Source of the DNA: a virus | IMG/VR virus record: IMGVR_UViG_3300031419_000013 | Location: 1-64,000 of that record | DNA: 64,000 bases | Direction: 5' to 3' (one strand) | Part shown: positions 28,733 to 39,587 of the stretch, in pieces | Layout: each line of letters begins with the position of its first letter | Numbering within the stretch: the stretch's first letter is position 1 | The notes under the pieces: generated by a model | Told to the model about the DNA's origin: nothing | Databases searched by the model: none | Seen by the model: only the letters and a program-made list of their open reading frames with translations | Translations under genes and position numbers: made by a program

Positions 28733-30865
28733 TTAAGTAAGACTACGCATTTTATAGGTAATCTTATCCTTGGTTTTATTCTCATCAGCAGTTGATGTGT
28801 TCATTCCAGCAATGATAGTATCCAGAGCAGTTTTAGCAGATTCAGGATCTTCCAAAGCCAATCTTAACAGTTTAACAAGAGACTTAGTAGCCTCAATATT
28901 CAGAGCTGAAATACCTGCATAATCCAGAGCTTTAGGATCACCTACTACATCGCCATTAGAAAGAACTAAAGTTCCGCTAGAAACACTGACTGACTCAGGT
29001 AATACCTTCTCAACATCTTGCACAACTACCCCATTCTTACGTTCACCGTTTAAGTCATAAGACATACCTCTAAGAGATACTAACTTATTCAGAGGATCAC
29101 TTAAGAACTTCTTGTTGAACTTCAAACGAGAATCAGAAGTTGGGTTGAAGCTTGCAGCATAACAAGAACCATTGGATCTAGCTTCAAAGCTTGCTGTGTT
29201 GTTCTGTACAACCCTAAAAGCATGGTATTGATTATTCAACAGCCAATACTGAAGTTGCACCGTGTAGTTGGTATCAATCGAATAGAGAGAAATAGTGTTG
29301 GATACGTTCCCACTTCCATCAGTAATAGGTCTTGTCAGGCTTAATCCACCCTTAAGATCAATATCACCATTAACAAGACCACCAGTTTTATTATTAACAG
29401 TGTCTAAGCGAGCATCATTACCAGCAGCAACAGTTCCTGAAGTAGTGCCTACATCCAAGACAGCAGCACCTTTAAGACCTAAATTGGTTCTAGCAGAAGA
29501 CGCAGTTGTAGCACCTGTACCACCTTGAGAAACACTTAATGCAGTAGTCAATCCAGACAGAGAAGTAATATCAGTGTTAGCACCTTTATTAGCTTTATTC
29601 GCTGTTGCATTATTAATTGCAATAGTTGTATCAGAGGTTTTCGCATAAGAAGAAAGGTCTAAGAAGACATTACCTGTGGTATCGTTAGGAAGAACACCGT
29701 TGACAGAAACAACGTAAGGAATCTGAACACTTACACCACCTTTTTGATCAGTAGCATTAGGTGTACGAATAGCTTCACCCTGCCATTTAGGAACTCTGAA
29801 AGTGGTTGTTCCGTTACCGGTGGAGAAGCAGTTAGTTCTACCAGCTTGCCATTCAGCTTCAGTCACACTTGGAATAAGCTCTTGTTCAATAGTAGCCCAC
29901 AAATCTGGATAGTCAGCTCTATTATATTCATTACCATTTTGAGGAAGCAGTCCGGGATAACTAACACCTTTTTCTGGATCATATTGAAAGAATACAGTTT
30001 CACCTAACCACAGAGATGGATTTCCACTAGGAAGTGTAATCTGTACGTTACCATCAACATCTGGTTGAATATTGTTTACAGACTTAAGACGTTTCTCTGT
30101 AGAGTTTAAGGTGAGTTCTTTATTGTCTAAAGTACCTGTAATGTCATACCAAGTATAAACAGAAGTACCTTCATCCCAAACAAGAACTTTATCACCAAGA
30201 GTTCTATCAGGCAGGTCGGCCTCAGCATCTGCTTTAGTTTTATAAAGCTTAGCAAAACCATCAATAGTTTCTTTGCCCGGAATACCTGCTACAATCTCAG
30301 CAGCTCTATCAGCTTCACTCTTGGCTCTGTCAGCTTGTGTTGATGCATCAGATACGGCAGCTTCAGCTTCAGCTACATGAGTCTCTGCTTCGTCAGCAAA
30401 ACCATCAGCTTCATCTCTAAAACCTTGTGCCTGAGTTGCAGCATTATTAGCAGCAACAGAGTATTGTTGAGCAGTCTGACTGAAACCTTGAGATGCCTGA
30501 GCAGAAGTTCTTGCGTCACTTGCATAACCCTGAGCAGCAGCAATAATACCCGCAGTATCCTGAATAGCTTGCTGAGCTTTTGCAATTGCTTCATTGGCAA
30601 TAGCCTCTGCTGCTGTTACACGAGTTTCAAGTTCTTCAACATCAGTTTCAATATCTTTAACACTATCAAGAATCTCTCTAGCTTCTGCTAAAACTTCTTC
30701 TGCTCTGTTTAAGAGGTTATCAGCATCTACGATAGCTTCAGCAGCTTGAATAGCATAAAGTCTAGCATCCTCCGCGTATTCAGCCGCCTGTTTATACCGA
30801 ATAATGTTCGTATTATCAGCACCAAACTGACCTACATTATTCTCACCTACATCAAATAATCCCAT
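28733..30865 (-). CDS. tail fibre with C-terminal intramolecular chaperone (S74-type) domain
   Basis: Coiled-coil N-terminus; NRADYPDLW...GNGTTTFRVPKW; C-terminus SDSRLKFNKKFL...LVSLRGMSYDL...VVVQDVEKVLPESV. Confidence 0.8.
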   Translation of the reverse strand: MGLFDVGENNVGQFGADNTNIIRYKQAAEYAEDARLYAIQAAEAIVDADNLLNRAEEVLAEAREILDSVKDIETDVEELETRVTAAEAIANEAIAKAQQAIQDTAGIIAAAQGYASDARTSAQASQGFSQTAQQYSVAANNAATQAQGFRDEADGFADEAETHVAEAEAAVSDASTQADRAKSEADRAAEIVAGIPGKETIDGFAKLYKTKADAEADLPDRTLGDKVLVWDEGTSVYTWYDITGTLDNKELTLNSTEKRLKSVNNIQPDVDGNVQITLPSGNPSLWLGETVFFQYDPEKGVSYPGLLPQNGNEYNRADYPDLWATIEQELIPSVTEAEWQAGRTNCFSTGNGTTTFRVPKWQGEAIRTPNATDQKGGVSVQIPYVVSVNGVLPNDTTGNVFLDLSSYAKTSDTTIAINNATANKANKGANTDITSLSGLTTALSVSQGGTGATTASSARTNLGLKGAAVLDVGTTSGTVAAGNDARLDTVNNKTGGLVNGDIDLKGGLSLTRPITDGSGNVSNTISLYSIDTNYTVQLQYWLLNNQYHAFRVVQNNTASFEARSNGSCYAASFNPTSDSRLKFNKKFLSDPLNKLVSLRGMSYDLNGERKNGVVVQDVEKVLPESVSVSSGTLVLSNGDVVGDPKALDYAGISALNIEATKSLVKLLRLALEDPESAKTALDTIIAGMNTSTADENKTKDKITYKMRSLT

Positions 30866-30909
30866 TGATTATCTCCTTAAAGATAGGGGGCCGAAACCCC
30901 CAATTTAAC

Positions 30910-33651
30910 TTAACCAGCGCTGACTTTATCAGAAAGAGCTTTAATCTGTTTTGCCTGATCCTGAATGATTGCATAAAGTTCTTTAATAGCCTCTGTATGA
31001 TATGCTGCTGCCACGCCAGAAGTGTTTAAGGACATTACATCATCGACAACCGTTCCATCTGCATAAGAGTGTTTACCTAAGTTTGAAACGGCATCAGGGC
31101 AAGTTTTATAAACATCTTGCGCTACTAATCCGATACCAAAGATCTTATTATCTTTATCATCATCTTTCGCTGGTTTATAATTCCAAGTAGCTCCTCTCCA
31201 AGACAATACGGCATCTAAAGCACCATCCACAGTTTTTAAATCATTCTTAATTCGCTCATCTGAACTATTATTCCAACTGCCTCCAACAGCAGTAGCGTTA
31301 CCATTGGCTTCAAAATTCCAAGTCTTACTAACGCCAGCCCAATTTCTATAGGCAATACAAGCAAAATCTGTTGTGCCAATAGTGGCTCTAGCATCAAGAG
31401 AGACTAAAGATGATCCGTTAGAAGCTCCGGTATGTACAAGCCTAGAACCAATTTGACCACCTACAGCAACTTGCCCAATGGCGGTAGAAGATCTCTCTGG
31501 GCCAGCTACAATAAAATTGTCATTATAGATTAATTGCTCTCCATACCAAAGACCATCCAAAGAAGTAAACTTCAAAGGTCTTCTTGATTGATATGACAGA
31601 GGGTTAATCCAAAAATCAGCTCCAGATGGGTTGTAAATACCATTAGTTGTTGTGCCTGCTTTAAGAATGATAGTACCTTTATTACTGGAGGTTGAATTTA
31701 CCATTAAATAAAATACAGAACCATCAGGGTAGGTAGTTGGTAAATTACTGATTGTTACAAGACCGTCAGTATCATTGGTATAATAAGTAACTCCCGGAAC
31801 AGGTTTCCAAGATATTGGAGAGATAGTAGGGTTAACAGTGAAATTACCTGTACCTGTACCACCCGCATCTGTAGTTAACCTTACCAACATTGAGGGGTTC
31901 CCAGAAACATTGGATGTTGATAGTGAATTTAGATGCGCAATTGCTAACGTTGGATTATCAAAATTTGATAAATTAAGAATTGTTCCATGTCTCATCTTAC
32001 CTTCCAGTCCAATTTTACCAACAGACCCATAGGTAGAAAAATCAGTCGTGTCAATATAATGACAATGATAATCTGTTGCATAATAGTCAGCAAAGATTCT
32101 AATAGATCCATTAGGTAATTCAACAGCACACGGACCTTCTGCATCTTGGGTAAAAGGAACAGTTCCTACAGAGGTAAAAGCTCCAGTAAAAGATGAAGAG
32201 GAATAGACTTTAATTGTTTTTAGATTCTCATCTTTAATTAGGCAGTAATATGTAGACCCTGCTGATTTCTTAAAGATAGAGGGATCAATTACATTTGTCG
32301 TAATTGGCAAGTTGAGGGCTACAGGGCTACCAAAAGTAAGAGCATCAATATCAGAGCACAACGAATAAAAGGGTTTGAATGCAGCAATCGTATTGCTATT
32401 CTTATCAGTGGAGTCATTGTAATATCTAAAGCTTGCTAACAGATAAACTTTATCTCCATCAATCACCCATTCTGGTGCCCAGATTTTATCTGTAGGAACC
32501 TGACCTCCCGGAAGAGTTGTTCCTGTTACAGCAGATGTTCCATACTTGATTCTCACAGACTCCCAACTTGAAAGATCTCTAGATCTCCAGATTACCGAAT
32601 CGTAAGTATTAGGGGAGTACCCTGTAGTAGCAACTAGCCACCAACCTTTGTAAAAAATTATGGATGGGTCTCTACCACCAATAGGAGTTAAGTCTGACTT
32701 ATTAACCAATCCGTTATTAGTGATTCTTTTGAAAGAACTACCATTAAAAGAAGTTGCTAAATCAATACGACTTTCTGCATCACTGTTAAAGAAAGAATAG
32801 AGGAAAAGATTCTGAGTATTTTTAATACCCAAATTCTTTAAAGCTTCTTGTGAAGTTTTAGCCCCTGTACCACCCTGATCTACAGACAAAGCAACAGTAA
32901 GACCCGACAGTGCTGTTATATCAGCATTAGCCCCTTTAGAAGCCTTACTACTTACAGCAGCAGTAATCTCATCAGTTGCTTCTGTTTTACTAGGAACCTG
33001 AAGATTAATTCTAGCAGTTGCTTTATCAACAAGATCAGAAAGGTTTTTAGTCTTATCCAAAGATTTAGTGTTTAAACTATTGAAATCCTCCAGTGTTCCA
33101 TTGTAACCTGAGATAACAGCAAGTTCATAAGCAGAATATCCATTGGTTCCATCTGTACCATCCTTACCGTCTTTTCCATTAATCCCATCAACACCATCAC
33201 GACCATCTTTACCGTTGATAGTTTCTAAGAATTGAGCTTCAGTTTTACCTTCATTACCGGGCTGCCTTACCCAAATCTGATAAGTAGACTCACCATCAGT
33301 TCCATCTTCACCAGAAGGGAGTGTAAAATTAATAGTGTTCGTTTCTTTATCATAATCTGCATTAGCGACAGTGCCCGACTGAGCAGAAACTTCAAGCTTA
33401 GTGACAGTATCAAAAGCTTCCTCTACATCTTTTTCTAAACCCTCAACCCTAGTAGTTAGGACTGTTACTCTGTTGATTTGATTGTTTAAATCCGCAACAC
33501 CAGACTCAGCAAGTTCTGCATACTTTCTAGCATCATCTGCATAATCAGCAGCTTGTTTATATGAGTCAATTGTTGCGTCAAGTGGGCCGTACTGCCCCAC
33601 ATTGTTAATGATATTAATAGCTTTGTCTAATAGACCTCTATCAACTGTCAT
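30910..33651 (-). CDS. tailspike with collagen-like repeats, GH43-like beta-propeller and S74-type chaperone domain
   Basis: GKDGRDGVDGINGKDGKDGTDGTNG; GGRDPSIIF...WAPEWV; C-terminus SSDERIKNDL...WRGATWNYK...GLVAQDV. Confidence 0.75.
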   Translation of the reverse strand: MTVDRGLLDKAINIINNVGQYGPLDATIDSYKQAADYADDARKYAELAESGVADLNNQINRVTVLTTRVEGLEKDVEEAFDTVTKLEVSAQSGTVANADYDKETNTINFTLPSGEDGTDGESTYQIWVRQPGNEGKTEAQFLETINGKDGRDGVDGINGKDGKDGTDGTNGYSAYELAVISGYNGTLEDFNSLNTKSLDKTKNLSDLVDKATARINLQVPSKTEATDEITAAVSSKASKGANADITALSGLTVALSVDQGGTGAKTSQEALKNLGIKNTQNLFLYSFFNSDAESRIDLATSFNGSSFKRITNNGLVNKSDLTPIGGRDPSIIFYKGWWLVATTGYSPNTYDSVIWRSRDLSSWESVRIKYGTSAVTGTTLPGGQVPTDKIWAPEWVIDGDKVYLLASFRYYNDSTDKNSNTIAAFKPFYSLCSDIDALTFGSPVALNLPITTNVIDPSIFKKSAGSTYYCLIKDENLKTIKVYSSSSFTGAFTSVGTVPFTQDAEGPCAVELPNGSIRIFADYYATDYHCHYIDTTDFSTYGSVGKIGLEGKMRHGTILNLSNFDNPTLAIAHLNSLSTSNVSGNPSMLVRLTTDAGGTGTGNFTVNPTISPISWKPVPGVTYYTNDTDGLVTISNLPTTYPDGSVFYLMVNSTSSNKGTIILKAGTTTNGIYNPSGADFWINPLSYQSRRPLKFTSLDGLWYGEQLIYNDNFIVAGPERSSTAIGQVAVGGQIGSRLVHTGASNGSSLVSLDARATIGTTDFACIAYRNWAGVSKTWNFEANGNATAVGGSWNNSSDERIKNDLKTVDGALDAVLSWRGATWNYKPAKDDDKDNKIFGIGLVAQDVYKTCPDAVSNLGKHSYADGTVVDDVMSLNTSGVAAAYHTEAIKELYAIIQDQAKQIKALSDKVSAG

Positions 33652-33662
33652 CGTTAATCTCC

Positions 33663-34442
33663 TTATTCGTTATAATCAACACCGTAGTTGATAGTGGTGC
33701 GTCTTCCTAACATATCATAAGAGTTAGGGATGACTAATGGACTACCAGAATACTCAGCGTTGTCGGCTTGTCTCTGAATATCAGACATAGATGCCATAGC
33801 TAATGCTGCCCACTTCTGAACACCTGCGTCATCTTGAACAAACAGACATGCATGTTTAAGAGCAGTGTAGAGCAGAAGTTCTGGAGCAATAGAAAGAATT
33901 GCACAAGAGTCAGAATCATTAACCATCTCAGCGGTATCTCTGTAATAAGATACAAGCACTTCATTACCAGTCAGTTCAGTTCCTTCAGGAATAGTAGAAG
34001 TGATTGGTGGATAGAAGTAAAAGCGTCCAGTAGTTCTAGCCCAGACAACTTCCGATTCATTAAACTGAGTTGCATGAGTAGTCTTACCACGTCTCAGCCA
34101 ATCTAATTCTTCTATAGAAGTTGTTCTATATACTTGTCCTGTCTGAGCTTTCATAATATAGTTAACTTGAACCAAATCTGTAGGAATGTAAGCCATCCCA
34201 TTGGTGATTTTTAAATAGATCTCACGTTCGAATCTTGGAATCCTAACCGCTCTGTAAATTTCCTTTTCAGCAAAATTGATGAAGTTAGGAATCTGATTAA
34301 CGAACTCGTCATCATCACGGTCAATCCACAAGGCAACGGCATTTTTAAGGTCGCCGTAAGTACGAATTTGAGAAGGTACAGTAGGCATCGCCATAGTTAC
34401 TCTCCTTAGTGGTTTGTCTAGTTTATATTCATTGGTCAGCAT
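33663..34442 (-). CDS. head-tail connector/adaptor candidate (259 aa)
   Basis: Position between head genes and fibre genes only. Confidence 0.4.
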   Translation of the reverse strand: MLTNEYKLDKPLRRVTMAMPTVPSQIRTYGDLKNAVALWIDRDDDEFVNQIPNFINFAEKEIYRAVRIPRFEREIYLKITNGMAYIPTDLVQVNYIMKAQTGQVYRTTSIEELDWLRRGKTTHATQFNESEVVWARTTGRFYFYPPITSTIPEGTELTGNEVLVSYYRDTAEMVNDSDSCAILSIAPELLLYTALKHACLFVQDDAGVQKWAALAMASMSDIQRQADNAEYSGSPLVIPNSYDMLGRRTTINYGVDYNE

Positions 34443-34457
34443 GTCATACTGGTGCTA

Positions 34458-34494
34458 GAAACGAAAAAAGCCCCAACCATTTCTGGAAGGGGCT
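34458..34494 (-). terminator. rho-independent terminator (minus strand) after head genes
   Basis: AGCCCC...GGGGCT stem followed by TTTTTTCGTTTC on minus strand. Confidence 0.75.
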
Positions 34495-34499
34495 TAGTA

Positions 34500-34961
34500 T
34501 TACGCAGTTACTGTAATAGCGGAAGTAGCAGTCTTAGCTCCATCAGCCGTGGTTACGGTGATAGTTGCTGTACCTGCTGCAACGCCAGTTACTAAACCAG
34601 AGGAGTTCACAGTTGCTACACCTGTTGCGCTACTTGAATAGGTAACGTTCTTATTAGATGCACCAGCCGGAGCTACTGTAGGAGTTAACTGTCTTGTTGC
34701 ACCAACTGCGATAGAGGCGGTCGTAGGAGAAACGGTAACACCACTAACTGGAGTGGTCACTGTTACAGTTGAAGTTCCTTTGATTGTTCCGTCTACGGTC
34801 GAAGTTGCTGTGATAGTAGCCGTACCATTTGCTACTGCGGTCACTAAACCAGAAGCACTCACTGTTGCGGTTGCTGCTGCGGAAGTGGACCATGTTACGC
34901 TTTGATCAGCGCCACTAGGGGCTACAGTTGCGGTCAACTGACGAGTACCACCAACAGCCAA
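34500..34961 (-). CDS. Ig-like (Big_2-type) head decoration protein
   Basis: Two tandem units GATRQLTxTVAPxGA...TxxSSxxxVATV...GLVTxVAxGTATITxT; immediately after capsid gene. Confidence 0.7.
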   Translation of the reverse strand: MAVGGTRQLTATVAPSGADQSVTWSTSAAATATVSASGLVTAVANGTATITATSTVDGTIKGTSTVTVTTPVSGVTVSPTTASIAVGATRQLTPTVAPAGASNKNVTYSSSATGVATVNSSGLVTGVAAGTATITVTTADGAKTATSAITVTA

Positions 34962-35002
34962 GTTATTAGTTGCTGGTGATACCGTTACGCCCGTAGGGGC
35001 GC

Positions 35003-35935
35003 TTACGCCTTTACCTTCAGGATGCCGGATGCAAACGGGTTGCGGTGACGCAGACCAACTTCCATCTCAATCATCCACTTCTCGTAAGAACCATCTTTCG
35101 CCAGTTCGGTACGTTTTGGAGCACGCAGAACCATCTGAGTCCAGTCAGAAGCGCGGAAGAAGTAGATTGCATCTTCAGGCATCCAACGGTTCACAACGAT
35201 CTTATAGGTCTGGCCCAATGGATCGGTGATGGTATTAACCTGCTTGATGAAGGACTTGGTATTCTCGAACAGACGAACACGGGTAGCCGCACCACCAGTT
35301 GCTTTCTCTTGCAGTTCAGCAAACTGTACAGCATGTTTCGGGTGAATCATGATGATATCAGCTTCAGAACCTGCGGTGTACAGCTGAAGAGTAATGTCAA
35401 ACAGTTCATCTTCAGTGAATACGCCAGAAGCAGCAGTTTCTTTGTGAACAACCGCACCAGTATCTGGGTCAGCTTGGTCAAGGTCAGCAACCAGAGCTTG
35501 GAAGCCAGCAGTTTTACGTGCTACAGTGCTTGAACCAGTAACCATTTCCTGATCAGATAGCAGGATAACTTCGAGGTCACGCTTAATCTCTTTACCAGCT
35601 TTTTCCATCTGATACATCAGCTCACGACCACGGCCATAGTTAGCCAGAGTGTTAGCAGTATCAGATACTTTAACAACCTTACGCAGAATCTGAGTAACGT
35701 TATTCAGTACAGTGGTCGAACCGAGAGTACCGTCTACAGCAGCCGAACCTTCAACAACAGCGTTGTTCTCGTTCACAGCAGCAAGACTATCAGTCTGCCA
35801 TTGGAACAGGGTCTGGTTGATGGATTCTTTACCAGTCATAGACACAAATGGGGTGTCTTCTGGAGAGATCATTGAGATCCAGTTTGCGAACGAGAGTTTC
35901 TTACCGTTCTGATCATATGATACTAAAGTAGCCAT
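35003..35935 (-). CDS. major capsid protein
   Basis: 310 aa after scaffold gene; N-terminal ...DTPFVSMTGKE...FQWQTDSLA pattern; strongly biased codon usage by eye. Confidence 0.8.
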   Translation of the reverse strand: MATLVSYDQNGKKLSFANWISMISPEDTPFVSMTGKESINQTLFQWQTDSLAAVNENNAVVEGSAAVDGTLGSTTVLNNVTQILRKVVKVSDTANTLANYGRGRELMYQMEKAGKEIKRDLEVILLSDQEMVTGSSTVARKTAGFQALVADLDQADPDTGAVVHKETAASGVFTEDELFDITLQLYTAGSEADIIMIHPKHAVQFAELQEKATGGAATRVRLFENTKSFIKQVNTITDPLGQTYKIVVNRWMPEDAIYFFRASDWTQMVLRAPKRTELAKDGSYEKWMIEMEVGLRHRNPFASGILKVKA

Positions 35936-35974
35936 AAATATTTATCTCCTATCATAACTTTTATTTTTAGTCGA

Positions 35975-37036
35975 TTAGTCTACGAGGTGGCTGAAAGCAT
36001 CACCGTGTGACATACGACCCTCTGAAAACGCCTTAGCGGCGGCTGCTTTACTGTCGCCAGTATTACCTTGTTTGTTGCCCGACTTCATTACTTTCTTCGG
36101 AGCACCAACTTTCTTAATCTTCGCTACAACTCGCTGTGTACCTTTGTCGTATTGATACGCTTTGTACAGAGCTAGGAATACCGAAGGACGGTTCTCTTTC
36201 AAGATCTCTTCTTCTGATGCACCAAGATCAACTGCATATTGCAAAAGGTTTTGATACAGTGGTTCATCCCATTGAGGAATAGCTTTCTTGAGTACCTGAA
36301 CACACTCGACACTGCGAGCACGATACGCTTCTTGCTCTTTAGCTTCAGCTTCCTGCTGCAAGCGTTGCTGCGCAGCTACGAGTTCGTTTTTCCGTGCCTT
36401 ATATCTTTCAAGGAATCTGTTGTTCTCTACATATGCTTGAGGATCTTTAACCGCCAAGTCATCCCAATCAAAACCTTCATAGTCTTTAATAACTTTGTCA
36501 GCTTCGAGTTGAGCAAGAGAAAGAATATCTTTCAGACCAGCAACACGAGTGTCGAACTCTTGAGCTTGTGTCTGGAATTCTTCAACACGAGAAGTAAGCT
36601 CTGTACCATTCATATAACCAGTAGACAATTCTTCAATAGTCAGTTCACGACCATCAGGAAGAGTAATCACGGTATCGAAGTCTACATCAACTGCTTCACT
36701 TTCTTCGTATTCACCATCATCTTCTTCAGACTCATCAGCTTCTTCTTCTGATTCTTCGTCTTCGGACTCTTCATCCTCAACTTCATCTTCTTCGTTTTCT
36801 TCTGACTCATCTTCTTCATCTGCTTCAAAGCCTTCTTCGTCTTCGAACACAGGATTGTTTTCATCAATACCTTCGAAACCTTCTACGCCGTCATCAGCGT
36901 ACTCTTCTGGATCATCTTCGATAACTACTTCAGGTTCTTTAGTAGAACGGTAGCTCTCTAAGTCTTGAGCAAAAGAACCCTTGAGATCGTCAAGGGCCAG
37001 AAACGTTTCAAATGGATCATTAGTTTGTGAACTCAT
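35975..37036 (-). CDS. scaffolding protein
   Basis: Extremely acidic N-half (EDEESEDEESEEEADESEEDD), helical C-half; between portal and capsid. Confidence 0.65.
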   Translation of the reverse strand: MSSQTNDPFETFLALDDLKGSFAQDLESYRSTKEPEVVIEDDPEEYADDGVEGFEGIDENNPVFEDEEGFEADEEDESEENEEDEVEDEESEDEESEEEADESEEDDGEYEESEAVDVDFDTVITLPDGRELTIEELSTGYMNGTELTSRVEEFQTQAQEFDTRVAGLKDILSLAQLEADKVIKDYEGFDWDDLAVKDPQAYVENNRFLERYKARKNELVAAQQRLQQEAEAKEQEAYRARSVECVQVLKKAIPQWDEPLYQNLLQYAVDLGASEEEILKENRPSVFLALYKAYQYDKGTQRVVAKIKKVGAPKKVMKSGNKQGNTGDSKAAAAKAFSEGRMSHGDAFSHLVD

Positions 37037-37272
37037 TAATTAAAATCCTCAGCATCATTGATTGCAGCTTTGATTACCTCTTTTAACTGACCAATCATTC
37101 TGTATTGCGTATAGAAATCTTCGCGTTTTTTAAGCTCTTGAGGTTCTGTTTCCAGAATCTTTTTACCAAGCTTATCTTTTAATGCCTCTAATGCTGCTGA
37201 AAGACTTCCGTTTGAATCAATGGCGGCCAAAGCCGCCTTGTGTTCATGTTTCAATTTATACTCCTTATTCAT
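37036..37272 (-). CDS. hypothetical protein (78 aa)
   Basis: ORF track; coupled between portal and scaffold. Confidence 0.5.
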   Translation of the reverse strand: MNKEYKLKHEHKAALAAIDSNGSLSAALEALKDKLGKKILETEPQELKKREDFYTQYRMIGQLKEVIKAAINDAEDFN

Positions 37273-37275
37273 TCA

Positions 37276-39513
37276 TCAATCATTTGAATCAGTATCATCT
37301 TTTTTCGAAGATTTATTCTTAGATGCCTTTGATTCTTCCTGTGCTTTACTCTGGAGCTTTAAAGCCTCATAAGACTGGTTAGCCGTATGGACAAGTTTGT
37401 GTGCTCCTAGCTGTGCATTCAGGTTGATCTCAAGCTCTTTAAGAGTTGATTCGTACTGACGAACTTGTTGTTGCATTAAGGCAAGATTATGTTTCATCTG
37501 TTCAACCGTAGCTTCATTATCAGCCTTACGATTTTCAAGAGACATACGATCAGCCGACTCTTCTTGTTTATACTGCAACTCGATATTCTTCTGTTGAGTT
37601 TCATCTGCTGCTTTCTGCTGTTCAAAGACAAGCTTATTCTCAGCCAGTTGTCCGTCATGCATAATCTTCTGAACATTCGCATTAACCAAAGCAACCTGAG
37701 CTTGTAACTGTTGAAGATTAAGAATCTCAGCAGGGCTTGGCTGTGGTGGTTGGAATTGTTCAAGAGGCATGAGGTAGTTATGAACATCATCAATGCCCAT
37801 TAACTTCATGATCTCAGCAGTCATGAATCTATCTTGTTCCATTGTGTACAGAGGAGCGATAGTCTGGTCTTGCTGCAACATCCCTTTAATAGTCATCAAG
37901 TTAGAAGCTCGCTGTTGTTTCTCACTAGGAGAAATAGCTACGCTAGTAATGATGTTATTACGAGGAGGTAATTGTTTAGGATCAATATTAGCTAATCCCT
38001 TAGAGGTTTGGATTGTCAGTGGAGCTTCACCATTCTCTCTGAAGAGTTTATAGATAGACTTCATTAATCCAGTCATGCCACCATTAGCAATGTTACGGCT
38101 CACCATACGAATACGGTTCTGAGCAGCATTCATCATTAAGCCTACGGTTGCATAAGCATTATCATTCTTAAAGACGTCAGGGTTGATACCCATACCTAAA
38201 CGTGTAACACCGGTACGGACTTCCTTGACTTCATCAGTCATCGCAAGCAATCCGTCGATACCGTTAGGAAGGCTATGGTAAGGGAAAAGATTAACTGCAC
38301 CCTCTCTTTCCATTTCAACAACACCGCCGGGTCTGTTATCCAGTAATGAGCGTCTATCATAGGCACCTTGGATAGCAGTGTAACGTCCATAGTTAGCATT
38401 ATTGATGTTATCAATATAACCACGGATAATAGCAGTACGAAGATCTTGAATATCTTTAGTAATGTCGTAGATTGATTCACCGAAGATTGCTCCGGGGATT
38501 GGATATGGTGTGAATGTTTCAAACGGGATATCATTTACTTCATTAACTTCCAAGATAACGCCGCCAGCGTCAAACACTTGGTAAAGCCTAACGTTGTTAT
38601 GGCGGTCCAGAATAGAGGTACGAATGTAATGTTCATAAATCCAAACCCTCGCTGCTAAGTCTTGACTGTCAGAACCAATCCCGTTATCAGGATCAACACG
38701 CCAGTCTGTACGTGAGAAAGTAACAGTACTTCTGTTAGAATCTTCACTGGTATCAAAGTCATTAATATTCTCAATGTCGTCTTCAGGGAAACCCATATCC
38801 AACAGATCGCGTTTAGACTTACGAGTACGATGACAAAAGTATGTGGCATCTTGGATGCTTGTTGCATATTCGTCGATAACAATCTCTTCGATTGGTGTAT
38901 ATTCAACACGAACATGTTTAACATCTAGGACGTAGCTAATAGTTGCATCTACCAAACCTTCGGGATGCTCGTCTTCATCAACAAGAATAGTTGCTTCGAT
39001 ATCACGAACACCAGCAGCTTCCAAGCCTTGAATATAAGCGGTAAGTTCTTGTGGGTTTACACCTTCAACGGATTCACTCATTGATTTAGTTTCGGTGTCC
39101 CAATAACGTTTGATAAAAGAGTTACGAGTGACTAAGCACTCCTTCAGCGCAGATTGTAAAATATTATAACCTTCGTTATCACGAAGAAGAATTTGATTTA
39201 CAACCTGTGTTGCAACTTTAGCTGCGTCGCTATCTCTCTCGTCTACGCTAGCAAAAACTACTGCATCCTCACCACTGGTGAAGACATTCAACAGATCTTG
39301 GAGAGTTCCGTTCACGGTTTCCCATACAGTACGGTCAACATACTTAGAACCACCAGCTGTAACAGCAGCAGGCAGGTTGCCATAGTAATATTCCCATGCT
39401 TCACGAGCGTAACCAGTAACGGCAGTGTTCATGTAGTCCTGTGCATAGTTGTAGTGATTATCTAAAACCACTTTCAATTCTTGTTTCTGGTCATCAGAAA
39501 GCTTCAGACTCAT
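37276..39513 (-). CDS. portal protein
   Basis: 745 aa immediately downstream of terminase large subunit; call by size and synteny. Confidence 0.75.
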   Translation of the reverse strand: MSLKLSDDQKQELKVVLDNHYNYAQDYMNTAVTGYAREAWEYYYGNLPAAVTAGGSKYVDRTVWETVNGTLQDLLNVFTSGEDAVVFASVDERDSDAAKVATQVVNQILLRDNEGYNILQSALKECLVTRNSFIKRYWDTETKSMSESVEGVNPQELTAYIQGLEAAGVRDIEATILVDEDEHPEGLVDATISYVLDVKHVRVEYTPIEEIVIDEYATSIQDATYFCHRTRKSKRDLLDMGFPEDDIENINDFDTSEDSNRSTVTFSRTDWRVDPDNGIGSDSQDLAARVWIYEHYIRTSILDRHNNVRLYQVFDAGGVILEVNEVNDIPFETFTPYPIPGAIFGESIYDITKDIQDLRTAIIRGYIDNINNANYGRYTAIQGAYDRRSLLDNRPGGVVEMEREGAVNLFPYHSLPNGIDGLLAMTDEVKEVRTGVTRLGMGINPDVFKNDNAYATVGLMMNAAQNRIRMVSRNIANGGMTGLMKSIYKLFRENGEAPLTIQTSKGLANIDPKQLPPRNNIITSVAISPSEKQQRASNLMTIKGMLQQDQTIAPLYTMEQDRFMTAEIMKLMGIDDVHNYLMPLEQFQPPQPSPAEILNLQQLQAQVALVNANVQKIMHDGQLAENKLVFEQQKAADETQQKNIELQYKQEESADRMSLENRKADNEATVEQMKHNLALMQQQVRQYESTLKELEINLNAQLGAHKLVHTANQSYEALKLQSKAQEESKASKNKSSKKDDTDSND

Positions 39514-39587
39514 GTTTTCACTTCTCCTTAAAATAAAATGAGGGGCGTTCTGGTTAACTTAATCTCCAGCACCCCGCCCCTTAAAAC

